The notes below the pieces were generated by a model that was not told the DNA's origin, did no database searches, and was given only the letters and a program-made list of their open reading frames with translations. The position numbers were made by a program, and so were the translations under genes. Below, piece by piece: positions 44,347-56,516 of a stretch of 64,000 nucleotides of DNA. How positions within the stretch are numbered: position 1 is the first letter of the stretch; every line of letters begins with the position of its first letter. Source of the stretch: Candidatus Eiseniibacteriota bacterium (GTDB lineage Bacteria; Orphanbacterota; Orphanbacteria; Orphanbacterales; Orphanbacteraceae); the NCBI GenBank assembly GCA_016867715.1, contig VGIW01000003.1, positions 5,251 through 69,250 of the forward strand. Reading direction: 5' to 3'.

Positions 44347-44790
44347 CTACTTCTTTCCCTTCCAATGTTTGAGCTCGATCTCTCTCAGGATTTGGTCGAT
44401 CTGCTCGCGCACCTTCGTCTCGGCGCTCGGCTCGAACAGGACCTTCTGAATCCGGCCGTGGGTGTCCTTCTTGGCGTAGCGGATCGCCTTGAGAACCTCG
44501 ATCGGAGCCAGGATATCCCGCGAGACCCGAACCTCGATCGATTCGCCGTCCACGTTCTTCTCGGGGCTGTTGAAGGGGGACATGCCGAGGGCCCAGCCGT
44601 GGGCAAGCATCCCGCAAAGGGCGATGCGGAGGCGGTTCCAGCCCTCTTCGGTGGAGAGGTCCAGGTTCCCCTTCAACCGCTGGAGGAGCCCATCTACGAC
44701 CGGCGCCATCCGATCCACGATCTCCGGTTCCAGTCGAAGTTTGGCGAGGTTGACGAACATCTGATGAATGATGTCGTTGGTGGCCGTCAT
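44347..44790 (-). CDS. Hypothetical cytoplasmic protein
   Basis: AAGGAG RBS, host-like codon use, candidate promoter TTAACC-N17-GATAAT; the only credible minus-strand gene. Confidence 0.7.
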   Translation of the reverse strand: MTATNDIIHQMFVNLAKLRLEPEIVDRMAPVVDGLLQRLKGNLDLSTEEGWNRLRIALCGMLAHGWALGMSPFNSPEKNVDGESIEVRVSRDILAPIEVLKAIRYAKKDTHGRIQKVLFEPSAETKVREQIDQILREIELKHWKGKK

Positions 44791-44933
44791 TGATTGTCTC
44801 CTTCGCTCGAGGCGCTCAGGCTGATTATCGGACGAAACCCCCTCCCGGTTAACGCCTTTTCTGTTGACCTGATCTCGGCGGCCCGCCTACAGTTAGGCGC
44901 CGAGCGGGAGGGCGCGACTTGGGCTTGGTCAAC

Positions 44934-46061
44934 ATGAGGTGCGTGTCTCGGATGTCCCCATCGTGCCGTCTCGCCCCAGGGGCTCTTCCCGTCCTGCTTT
45001 CTCTCCTTCTTCTGGGCGCGCGCCCGTGCGCGGGCGGGCCTCCTGAATCGTCGTATCTCACGAACGTGGAGCTTATGCAGCTTGTCGCGCGAGGCGCGGT
45101 CGCGAAGGCGCTCGACGGTTTCGTGTATGCGGAGAACGAGGCGCTCCGCATTCAAGGGGGCGACCCGACCGAAGCCGACTGGATCGTCGAGAACGAGATC
45201 GTATCGGCCCTCTCCGCCGCCGGAGTGCGCGTCCGTGTCGGCGAGCTGAGGAAGCCGCCGGCCTTGGCGGCCGCGGCGGGCAAACCGGGCCAGGAATCGA
45301 AGAAACTGGACCTGTCGTTCCCCGTGGACGTCCCTCCCGTTCTCCTATCGGGGGAAGGAGTCGCGTACCCGGGCGAAGCGTGCGAGAGAGGCCTCGAGGG
45401 GGAGGTGACCCTGGGCCTCATCTTGAACGAGCAGGGCTCCGTTGCGAATGTGGTCGTGGAGGAGAGCACGGGAGAGCCTTTCGAGAGCGCGGCGACGAGC
45501 GCGGTCCAGGGCTACCGGTTCAAACCGGGGGAGCGCGCGGGGGCAGCCGCCCCATCCAAGGCGGTGCTCCGCTTCCGATTCCCGGCGCTCGAAGAAGGGT
45601 GCGAGAGCGCGCGTGTCGTGGGAGAGCCTCCATCGTCGGGCGAGGCGACGGCCTCGAAGGGCGCGGCGCCGAGCGAGGGGGAGGAGGAGACCGCTCCTCG
45701 GCCCACGGTCCCCGAGGGGGCGACGGTGCTCACGTTTCGCGTCTCCGAGATGGAGATGCGCTATCCGGACGTGGGCAGGCGCTTCTGGATAGGCCCGAAA
45801 AGGGTGGAGCGCTTCGCGCGCATGCGCCTCGATCTCCGGCTCCAAAAAGGGAGCGACGTGATCTGGTCGGATTCCGCCGAGCACTACGCGGCCGACCGCG
45901 TTCCCTACGGCGCGCTCCGCTACCTCGAGAGCGCTCAATACTCCTTCGCGAAACCGGAGATCGCTCCCGGCGGAGCCTCCCGACTCGTCGAGCCCCTGGT
46001 CGTTGCCGGCGTGATCGGCGGCCTCGTTCTGCTCTTCTACGCGAACCAGACAGGCAACTGA
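44934..46061 (+). CDS. Exported protein with internal TonB C-terminal domain and C-terminal TM anchor
   Basis: YPGEACERGLEGEVTL...FKPG TonB_C; C-terminal LVEPLVVAGVIGGLVLLFY; start uncertain. Confidence 0.7.
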   Translation: MRCVSRMSPSCRLAPGALPVLLSLLLLGARPCAGGPPESSYLTNVELMQLVARGAVAKALDGFVYAENEALRIQGGDPTEADWIVENEIVSALSAAGVRVRVGELRKPPALAAAAGKPGQESKKLDLSFPVDVPPVLLSGEGVAYPGEACERGLEGEVTLGLILNEQGSVANVVVEESTGEPFESAATSAVQGYRFKPGERAGAAAPSKAVLRFRFPALEEGCESARVVGEPPSSGEATASKGAAPSEGEEETAPRPTVPEGATVLTFRVSEMEMRYPDVGRRFWIGPKRVERFARMRLDLRLQKGSDVIWSDSAEHYAADRVPYGALRYLESAQYSFAKPEIAPGGASRLVEPLVVAGVIGGLVLLFYANQTGN

Positions 46062-46087
46062 CCGAACCTCGGTGGAAAGGCACGGCC

Positions 46088-46852
46088 GTGCCGCGAGCGT
46101 TCCTTCGATCGGTTCTCGTCTACGCGCTCCTTTGCTCGGCGTGCGGGACGGGCGAGCTGCTTCCCGAGGGCTCGCCGGAAGAGCGCTTCGCGCGCGCCGA
46201 CGGCTATCTCGCACGGGGGAAAGAACAGAAGTCGCTCGAGGCGTATCGGGAGCTCGGCCGGATCTACACCGGGACCGAGTGGGAGGAACGGGCGCGCCTC
46301 GGAATCGCCCGATCCTACCGTTCGATGAAGGAGCATCCGGCCGCGATTCAGGAATACGAAGCCTTCATCCGCCGGTACCCTCGCTCGCAGTGGGTCGACG
46401 ACGCCGACTTCGAGATCGGTCTTTGCTACGCGGACCAGAGGAAGAAGCCGGAGCTCGATCAGGAGATGAACCTGAAGGCGCTGGCGCAGTTCAACGACTT
46501 TCTGGCCGAGCACCCGACGAGCGAGCTCGTGCCGCGCGCGCGGGACGAGGTGAAGATGGCGCGGACGAACCTCGCGCGGAAGGCGCTGGAGAACGGCGCG
46601 ACCTACGTCAAGATCCGCCGCTACGAGGCGGCGCGCTTCTACTTCCGTCTCGTGGCCGGCGAGTACGCGGACACCGACCTCGCGCCCGAGGCTCTCTACG
46701 AGATCGCGCGCACGTACGAACGCGAGAAGATGCCGGAGGAGGCGGCCGAGGCGTTCGAGGAGCTTCGAACCCGATATCCCGACTCCCCCTGGTGCGCCCG
46801 CCTCGAGCGGTCGTTCGGAGGAACCGGCGCGAAGGGGGACGGAGGGACGTGA
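46088..46852 (+). CDS. bamD: Outer membrane protein assembly factor BamD
   Basis: Lipobox-like LCSAC, TPR helices, RRYPRS, ELDQ, LARK..Y, YPDSP. Confidence 0.85.
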   Translation: MPRAFLRSVLVYALLCSACGTGELLPEGSPEERFARADGYLARGKEQKSLEAYRELGRIYTGTEWEERARLGIARSYRSMKEHPAAIQEYEAFIRRYPRSQWVDDADFEIGLCYADQRKKPELDQEMNLKALAQFNDFLAEHPTSELVPRARDEVKMARTNLARKALENGATYVKIRRYEAARFYFRLVAGEYADTDLAPEALYEIARTYEREKMPEEAAEAFEELRTRYPDSPWCARLERSFGGTGAKGDGGT

Positions 46853-47445
46853 GCGGAGACGTGGTGATCTTCGGGGGAACCTTCGATCCGATCCACGTCG
46901 GACATCTGATCCTCGCCGAGTGCGCGGCGGACGCGCTCGGGGCGCGGGATGTGCTCTTCGTACCGGCAGGCCGCCCGCCCCACAAGGGGGCCGAGGCCCT
47001 TTCGAGCGCGCGCGACCGCGAGGAGATGGTGCGGCTCGCTCTCGAGGGGAACGATCGCTTCGCCCTCTCTCGGACGGAGATCGAGCGGGAGGGGCGCTCC
47101 TTCGCGATCGACACGATCCGCGAGATCGCGCGCGCGAAAGGTGGCCGGCGGCCGTACTACTTCATCGGCGCGGACAGCCTCGTGGATCTCCCCGGATGGA
47201 GGAGCCCGGAGGCGATCCTCGAGGAGGCGGAGGTCGTGGTCGCCCCGCGGCCCGGCTTCGATCTTCGCTCGGTTTCCGGGCTCGTCGATCGCGTGCGGAT
47301 CCTCGAGGCGCCGCGGATCGAGATCTCGTCCACTCTCATCCGCCGGCGCGTGCGCGCGGGGGAGTCGATCCGCTACCTGGTGCCTGAGAGCGTGCGGGCC
47401 TATATTCTCCGCGGGAACCTTTATCGGGACGCGGAGGCGGGCTGA
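46849..47445 (+). CDS. nadD: Nicotinate-nucleotide adenylyltransferase
   Basis: FGGTFDPIHVGH, PPHK, IGAD, ISSTLIR. Confidence 0.95.
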   Translation: MSGDVVIFGGTFDPIHVGHLILAECAADALGARDVLFVPAGRPPHKGAEALSSARDREEMVRLALEGNDRFALSRTEIEREGRSFAIDTIREIARAKGGRRPYYFIGADSLVDLPGWRSPEAILEEAEVVVAPRPGFDLRSVSGLVDRVRILEAPRIEISSTLIRRRVRAGESIRYLVPESVRAYILRGNLYRDAEAG

Positions 47446-47449
47446 GACG

Positions 47450-49006
47450 ATGGCGCGCAACAAGTCGATCTTCACGGAGATCATCGTGAACGCGAGCCCG
47501 GGCGAGACGCGGGTCGCGATCCTCGAGAACCACTCGCTGGTCGAGTTTCTCGCGGAGCGAGCGGACGCCGCGCGCCAAGTCGGGGACATCTTCAAGGGGC
47601 GCGTCAACGCCGTTCTTCCCGGCATGCAGGCGGCGTTCATCGACATCGGGCTCGAGAAGACCGCGTTCCTTCACGTCTCGGACATGGTGATGCCCGATGC
47701 CGAGATTATGGAGGGGATCGACGAGGAGAGCGAGCGCGCGGGGCCGGCCGCGAGGAAGGTCCCGCGCGGCGTCTCGATCGAGGGCCTCCTCAAGAAGGGC
47801 CAGGAGATCATGGTGCAGGTGACGAAGGAACCGATCGGGACGAAGGGCCCGCGCGTCACCACGCAGCTTTCGATCGCCGGCCGCTTCCTCGTCCTCATGC
47901 CCGGCATCCCCCAGGTCGGGGTGTCGCGCAAGATCGAGAATCGCGAGGATCGCGCGCGTCTCCGCGAGACTGTGCAAGGGGTTCTCCCGGCCGGAATGGG
48001 GGCGATCGTGAGGACCGTGGCGGAGGGGAAGCAGAAGCGCCATTTCGCCTCGGACGTCCGCTATCTCACGCGGCTCTGGAAGCAGATTCAGGAGTCTTTC
48101 GAGCGGATGCCGTGCCCTTCGCTTCTCCACAAGGAGGTCGGGCTCACGATCGGACTCCTTCGGGATCTCTTCAGCGAGGACGTGGACCGGCTCATCATCG
48201 ACTCGAAGAAGGAACACAAGCAGATCCTCACGTATCTGCAATCGACCGCGCCCGAACTCCGGGATCGCGTTCACCTCTATAAGGAAGACACTCCGATTTT
48301 CGATGCCTATGAGATCGAGAACGAAATCGAAAAGACGCTCTCGTCGAAGATCTGGCTGAAGCAGGGGGGATACATCGTTCTCGAGCAGGCGGAGGCTCTG
48401 GTCGCGATCGACGTGAACACCGGCCGTTACACGGGCGAGAAGGATCAGGAGGAGACGATCGTCCGCACGAACCTGGAGGCGGCGAAGGAGATCGCCCGGC
48501 AGCTGCGGCTCCGGGACATCGGCGGCATCCTCGTGATCGACTTCATCGACATGGAGAAGGAAGCGAACCGGGACAAGGTGCTCGAAACGCTCCGGGAGGC
48601 CCTGAAACGGGACCGCTCGCGGACGAAGACGTTCCGCGTGAGCGAGCTCGGGCTCGTCGAGATGACCCGGCAGCGCGTGCGGCCGAGCCTGCTCCACTAC
48701 TTCAGCGCCCCCTGCCCTCACTGCGGGGGGACGGGGAAGCGCCTCTCCCTGGCGACGCTCGCCGGAAAGGTCGAGAGGCTCCTCAGGCGCGTCTCGAGCT
48801 ACTGCGACGAGAAGAAGGTCGTGGTCAAGCTGAACCCGGAGCTCGCCGTGACCTTCTTGGAGGGGGGCGGGGGACGGCTCGAGGAGATCGAAAAGCGCTA
48901 CCGCTTGAGCGTCGAGGTGGAGGACGATTCCAGCCTCTCGCGCGAGGAGGTCCGGATCTTCGGGAAGCGCTCGGGGAAGGAGCTGACCGACCAGGTCGTC
49001 TTCTGA
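47450..49006 (+). CDS. rng: Ribonuclease G/E family
   Basis: GMQAAFIDIG, IDVNTG, LRLRDIGGILVIDFIDM, CPHCGGTG; no long C-terminal scaffold. Confidence 0.92.
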   Translation: MARNKSIFTEIIVNASPGETRVAILENHSLVEFLAERADAARQVGDIFKGRVNAVLPGMQAAFIDIGLEKTAFLHVSDMVMPDAEIMEGIDEESERAGPAARKVPRGVSIEGLLKKGQEIMVQVTKEPIGTKGPRVTTQLSIAGRFLVLMPGIPQVGVSRKIENREDRARLRETVQGVLPAGMGAIVRTVAEGKQKRHFASDVRYLTRLWKQIQESFERMPCPSLLHKEVGLTIGLLRDLFSEDVDRLIIDSKKEHKQILTYLQSTAPELRDRVHLYKEDTPIFDAYEIENEIEKTLSSKIWLKQGGYIVLEQAEALVAIDVNTGRYTGEKDQEETIVRTNLEAAKEIARQLRLRDIGGILVIDFIDMEKEANRDKVLETLREALKRDRSRTKTFRVSELGLVEMTRQRVRPSLLHYFSAPCPHCGGTGKRLSLATLAGKVERLLRRVSSYCDEKKVVVKLNPELAVTFLEGGGGRLEEIEKRYRLSVEVEDDSSLSREEVRIFGKRSGKELTDQVVF

Positions 49007-49025
49007 TCGCGGGGCGGGGCGGGCG

Positions 49026-49053
49026 CAGCGGGGGAGACCCTCGTTGTTTTTTT
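49026..49053 (+). terminator. Rho-independent terminator after rng
   Basis: cagcggggg-aga-ccctcgttg followed by a T run. Confidence 0.6.
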
Positions 49054-49182
49054 GTGTCCTTCCCGCGCTTGACAAGATGCGCGCGGGGGTGATATGAATC
49101 AACAGGTCATTTTCCGCCCGATCCGGACGGGAAGCCCCTCGTGGGCTCCCCGGCCGAGAAGGGAACGAGAGGGGAAGAGGTT

Positions 49183-49497
49183 TTGTTCGCAATCGTCGAA
49201 AGCGGGGGATGTCAGTTTCGTGTGGAGCCGGGGAGCGTGATCGAGGTTCCCCTTCTTCAGGCCGAGCCGGGGGAGAAGGTGCGGCTCGGACGAGTCCTTC
49301 TCCTGGAGGTCGAGGACGGGTCGCGCACCGTGGGGAACCCGGTCGTCGAGAACGCCTCGGCGGAGGCCGAGGTCCTCGGCCACGGCCGCGGGGAGAAGGT
49401 CCTCGCGCAGAAGTTCAAACGCCGCAAGGGGTATCGTAAGCTCCTCGGGCAGCGGGCCCGGCACACGAAGCTCCGGGTCCTTTCGATCGAGAGGTAG
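49183..49497 (+). CDS. rplU: 50S ribosomal protein L21
   Basis: [22 protein letters not shown]; TTGACA at 49069 upstream. Confidence 0.95.
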   Translation: MFAIVESGGCQFRVEPGSVIEVPLLQAEPGEKVRLGRVLLLEVEDGSRTVGNPVVENASAEAEVLGHGRGEKVLAQKFKRRKGYRKLLGQRARHTKLRVLSIER

Positions 49498-49571
49498 AGA
49501 GAAAACAAGCGCCGCCGGCATCGGTCCGCGCGTTCGGGCGGCCGGCCGGAGCGGAGGCAGAGGATCGTTCG

Positions 49572-49838
49572 ATGGCTCATAAGAAAGGCGTGGGAAGCTC
49601 CCGAAACGGGCGCGACAGCCAGGCGAAACGGCTCGGCGTGAAGCGCTTCAGCGGAGAGCGCGTCCTCGGGGGCGAGATTCTGGTTCGGCAGCGCGGGACG
49701 TGCATCTACCCGGGCCGCAACGTCGGTTGCGGGGGAGACCACACGCTGTTCGCGAAGGTCGGCGGCATCGTGGAATACGTCCGGAAGGGACGCGACCGGA
49801 AGATCGTGAACGTTCTCGTCCCGGAGCCGGCCGAGTAG
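49572..49838 (+). CDS. rpmA: 50S ribosomal protein L27
   Basis: [29 protein letters not shown]. Confidence 0.97.
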   Translation: MAHKKGVGSSRNGRDSQAKRLGVKRFSGERVLGGEILVRQRGTCIYPGRNVGCGGDHTLFAKVGGIVEYVRKGRDRKIVNVLVPEPAE

Positions 49839-49889
49839 GGGGGGGATGTTCCGACCGCCCGGTGTTCGGCCCGCTGCGGCTCGTTCTTG

Positions 49890-49921
49890 GAGAGGGGATC
49901 CGTATCCCCTCTCTCTCTTTT
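49890..49921 (+). terminator. Terminator-like hairpin after rpmA
   Basis: gagaggggat-ccgt-atcccctctc followed by a pyrimidine/T tract. Confidence 0.55.
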
Positions 49922-49934
49922 GGGGGTGAGCGGC

Positions 49935-53180
<3,246 letters not shown>

Positions 53181-53184
<4 letters not shown>

Positions 53185-54206
53185 CCGGGGACGAGGGGCG
53201 CTTCGCGATCGAGCGCGCGCGGTCCGTCTTCCGAAGGGAAGCCGAGGCGATCCGCGAGCTCGAGGGAACAATCGGGCCGTCGTTCGCGCGCGCGGTCGAG
53301 AGAATCCGGCGGGCGATCGTCCGCCGCGAGGATCCGGCGGGGACGCGGCTCGGGAAGATCGTGGTCACCGGCGTCGGAAAGTCGGGTCTCGTGGCGCGCA
53401 AGATCGCGGCGACCTTCAACTCCACCGGTGCGACCGCGTTCTTCCTCCATCCGGTCGAGGCGGTCCACGGGGACCTCGGCGTGATCGAGCGCGAGGACGT
53501 CGTCCTCATGGTCTCCCGCTCGGGAGCGAACGAGGAGCTGAAGCGGCTCGTCCCGTCGCTTCGCGTGCTCGGGGTCGGCCTCATCCTCATCACCGCCAAG
53601 CCGGACTCGGAGCTCGCGGGCGCGGCCGACGAGGTGCTTCTCATCGGCGACGGGCCGGAAGCGTGCAGCCTGAACCTCGCGCCGACGGCGAGCGCCGTGG
53701 CGAGCATCGCGATGGGGGACGCGCTCGCGCTCACGCTCTTCGATCTTCGAGGTCTCAAGAGCGAGGACTTCGCGCGCTTTCATCCGAGCGGGGCGCTGGG
53801 GAAGAGGCTTCTTCTTCGCGTGCGCGACATCATGCACACGGGGGACGCGATGCCGCTCGTTCGCGAGGACGCGAACATGAAGGACGCGCTTCTCGAGATC
53901 GTGGGGAAGCGCCTCGGTGCGACCGGCGTCGTGGATGCCGCGGGGCTCGTTTCGGGGATCGTGACCGACGGCGATCTCAAGCGAATCTTGCTGAAGAAGC
54001 CGGACATCTTCTCGCTCGCGGTCGGGGAGGTGATGACGCGGAGCCCGAAGACGATCGGACCGGATGCTCTCGTCGCCGACGCCCTACGGATCATGCACGC
54101 CAACCCGCGAGGGATCATCTCCTGTCTACTGGTCGTGGACGCCCTTTCGAAACCCTTGGGTTTCCTGCACATGTACGATTGCCTCCGGAGCGGCGTGGCC
54201 TCGTAA
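53181..54206 (+). CDS. kdsD: Arabinose-5-phosphate isomerase (SIS+CBS)
   Basis: GVGKSG, HGDLG, FHPSGALG, tandem CBS. Confidence 0.93.
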
Positions 54207-54213
54207 CCCGCAT

Positions 54214-54257
54214 TGGCACAACCCTTGCTTGACAGACGCGCTTCGCTCGTCTATGGT
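54214..54257 (+). promoter_or_regulatory. Overlapping sigma54 (-24/-12) site and sigma70 promoter
   Basis: TGGCAC-N5-TTGCT (54214-54229) sharing base 54229 with TTGACA-N17-TATGGT (54229-54257). Confidence 0.75.
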
Positions 54258-54314
54258 GACCGCGGGGAGCGGGATCGACCGCGTGAGGAGCAGCCGAGCA
54301 GCGATTGAGGTGGG

Positions 54315-55205
54315 ATGCCGGCGATGCGGTTGAAGGAAGCGATCGCGTTCCAGGGGGTGCGCGCGGCGATCGGCGCCGGGTCGATCCTCCCGCGGTCGGT
54401 CGGCGCGCGTCTTTTCGAAGCGGGCGGGGAGCTCGTGCATCTCTTGGAGCGAAACGGTAGGGAGCGGGCGCGGCGAAACCTGGCGCTCGTCTACGGGAAC
54501 GCAGCGGGAGCGGAGCGAACGGCGCGCCGAGTCTATCGGGATCTTGGGCGAAACGCATACGACCTCGTTCGTCTGGAGAAGCTCGAGGGTGCGGATCTCG
54601 AAGCGCTCGTCGAACCTTCGGGTATGAACCATCTGGAGGGAGCGCTCTCCTCGGGACTCGGGGTGATCGGAGTCGCCGGGCATCTCGGAAATTGGGAGCT
54701 GATGGCGGCGTACCTCGGACGAAGGGGAGTTCGGCTCACCGCGCTCGCGGCGCGTCTCTTCGATCCGCGGCTCGACGCGTGGCTCGTGCGGATGCGCGCG
54801 CGGCACGGGGTGGCGTCGCTCCTCCGTTCGGAGCCCGCGTGTCTCCGGCGCGCGATCCGGGTTCTCAAGGGCGGGGAGATGCTCGGGGTCTTGATGGACC
54901 TTCGTTGCCGGCGGGAGGGGATCGTCACCGAATTCCTCGGGCGGCCGGCCCGAACGGAGATCGGGCCGGTGCGCCTGGCGGCGCGAACGGGTTCCCTCCT
55001 CGTTCCGATGGGCTGTTGGAGGATCGAGGGAGGGCGGTACCGGGTCGCGATCGAGCGACCGATCGAGCCCCCGTCGTCCCGCGCATCGCGGACGGTTCTG
55101 GAGGAGACCGCGACGCAGTGTCTCCGCGTTCTGGAAGGCTTCATTCACGGGGCCCCGACCCAATGGGTCTGGATGCACGACCGATGGACGCTCGAAACAT
55201 CTTGA
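54315..55205 (+). CDS. Lipid A biosynthesis / lysophospholipid acyltransferase (LpxL-like)
   Basis: HLGNWE, FLG.PA, PTQWVWMHDRW. Confidence 0.88.
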   Translation: MPAMRLKEAIAFQGVRAAIGAGSILPRSVGARLFEAGGELVHLLERNGRERARRNLALVYGNAAGAERTARRVYRDLGRNAYDLVRLEKLEGADLEALVEPSGMNHLEGALSSGLGVIGVAGHLGNWELMAAYLGRRGVRLTALAARLFDPRLDAWLVRMRARHGVASLLRSEPACLRRAIRVLKGGEMLGVLMDLRCRREGIVTEFLGRPARTEIGPVRLAARTGSLLVPMGCWRIEGGRYRVAIERPIEPPSSRASRTVLEETATQCLRVLEGFIHGAPTQWVWMHDRWTLETS

Positions 55206-55738
55206 CCGCGCTTCTCGGGGCGGCGCTTCTCCTCGTTTTTGCGGGGTGCGGGGAGAAGAGCGTCGATCGGCCCGAGGGGACCGAACCCGCTCCTCTCGCG
55301 ACCCAAGAGACGCGCGTCCGAAATTGGGTCGAATACCGGGAAAACCGGAAAAGCTGGGTCTTTCGAGGCGATGTCGTTCGGCTCTTCGAGGAGCCGAAAA
55401 GGGTTGAGTCCGAGGGAGTTGTGGTCGATTTCTATGATAGGGAAGAGATGTACCTCTCCACCCTGACCGCGGAGCGCGGGAGAATCGACCGGAAGACGAC
55501 CGACATGGAGGTCGAGGGGAACGTCATCGTGACGAACCGGGACGGGGCTCGCCTCGAAACCGAGTGGATCCGCTGGGACAACAAAGAAGAGATCATCTAC
55601 ACGGACGCGTTCGTGACGCTCTCCGAAGGAAGGAAGAGGATCACGGGGTACGGGCTCCGAACCGATCCCGGCCTCCAGAACGCCGAGGTCAAGCGCGACG
55701 TCGTCGCGTTCACCGTGGAGGCGCCCGATGAGCGCTGA
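55184..55738 (+). CDS. lptC: LPS export protein LptC
   Basis: Lipoprotein-like signal FAGC; VDFYD, LTAERG, GNV, LETE..W, IYTD..V, ITG.GL beta-jellyroll; precedes lptB. Confidence 0.82.
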   Translation: MDARNILTALLGAALLLVFAGCGEKSVDRPEGTEPAPLATQETRVRNWVEYRENRKSWVFRGDVVRLFEEPKRVESEGVVVDFYDREEMYLSTLTAERGRIDRKTTDMEVEGNVIVTNRDGARLETEWIRWDNKEEIIYTDAFVTLSEGRKRITGYGLRTDPGLQNAEVKRDVVAFTVEAPDER

Positions 55739-56480
55739 TCCGCGCGGCCCGAAGGGGTGGAGAAGTCTTCGAACGGACGGGCTCGTCAAGGAGTACAAAG
55801 GGCGGCGCGTGGTCGGAGGCGTCTCGATCGAGGTCGGCCGCGGCGAGGTCGTCGGCCTTCTCGGTCCGAACGGCGCCGGAAAGACCACGACGTTCTACAT
55901 GATCGTCGGCATGATCCGGCCGAACGCCGGGAGGATCTATCTCGACGCGGAGGACGTGACGGCGCGGCCGATGTACCAGCGCGCGCGCATGGGGATCGGT
56001 TACCTTTCGCAGGAGTCGTCCATCTTCCGGAAGCTGACGGTCGAGGAGAACCTGCTCGCGATCCTCGAAACCCTTCCGCTTTCGAAAGCGGAAAGGCGGC
56101 GGAAGGCGGAAGGGCTGATGGAGGAGCTCGGGATCGCGTCGCTCGCGCGCTCGAGGGCGTACACGCTCTCCGGAGGGGAGAGGAGGCGGGCGGAGATCAG
56201 CCGGGCGCTGACGACTGATCCGGCCTTCCTCCTTCTGGACGAGCCGTTCGCGGGGATCGACCCGATCGCGGTTCAGGACGTGCAGGAGATCGTCGCGAGC
56301 CTGAGGGATCGCGGAATCGGCGTCTTGATCACCGATCACAACGTGCGGGAGACCCTCTCGATCACGAATCGCGCATACATTCTCTATGAGGGGAAGGTCC
56401 TCCTTTCGGGGAGCGCGAAGGAGCTTGCGGACAACCCTGAGGCGCGCGAGATCTACCTCGGGGAGAGGTTCCGTCTGTAG
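55728..56480 (+). CDS. lptB: LPS export ABC ATPase LptB
   Basis: GPNGAGKTT, LSGGERRR, DEPFAGIDP, ITDHNVRETL, YLGERF. Confidence 0.96.
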   Translation: MSADPRGPKGWRSLRTDGLVKEYKGRRVVGGVSIEVGRGEVVGLLGPNGAGKTTTFYMIVGMIRPNAGRIYLDAEDVTARPMYQRARMGIGYLSQESSIFRKLTVEENLLAILETLPLSKAERRRKAEGLMEELGIASLARSRAYTLSGGERRRAEISRALTTDPAFLLLDEPFAGIDPIAVQDVQEIVASLRDRGIGVLITDHNVRETLSITNRAYILYEGKVLLSGSAKELADNPEAREIYLGERFRL

Positions 56481-56516
56481 GCCCGTCCCGACGGGGGCGA
56501 AGAAGGAAGACGTGCC

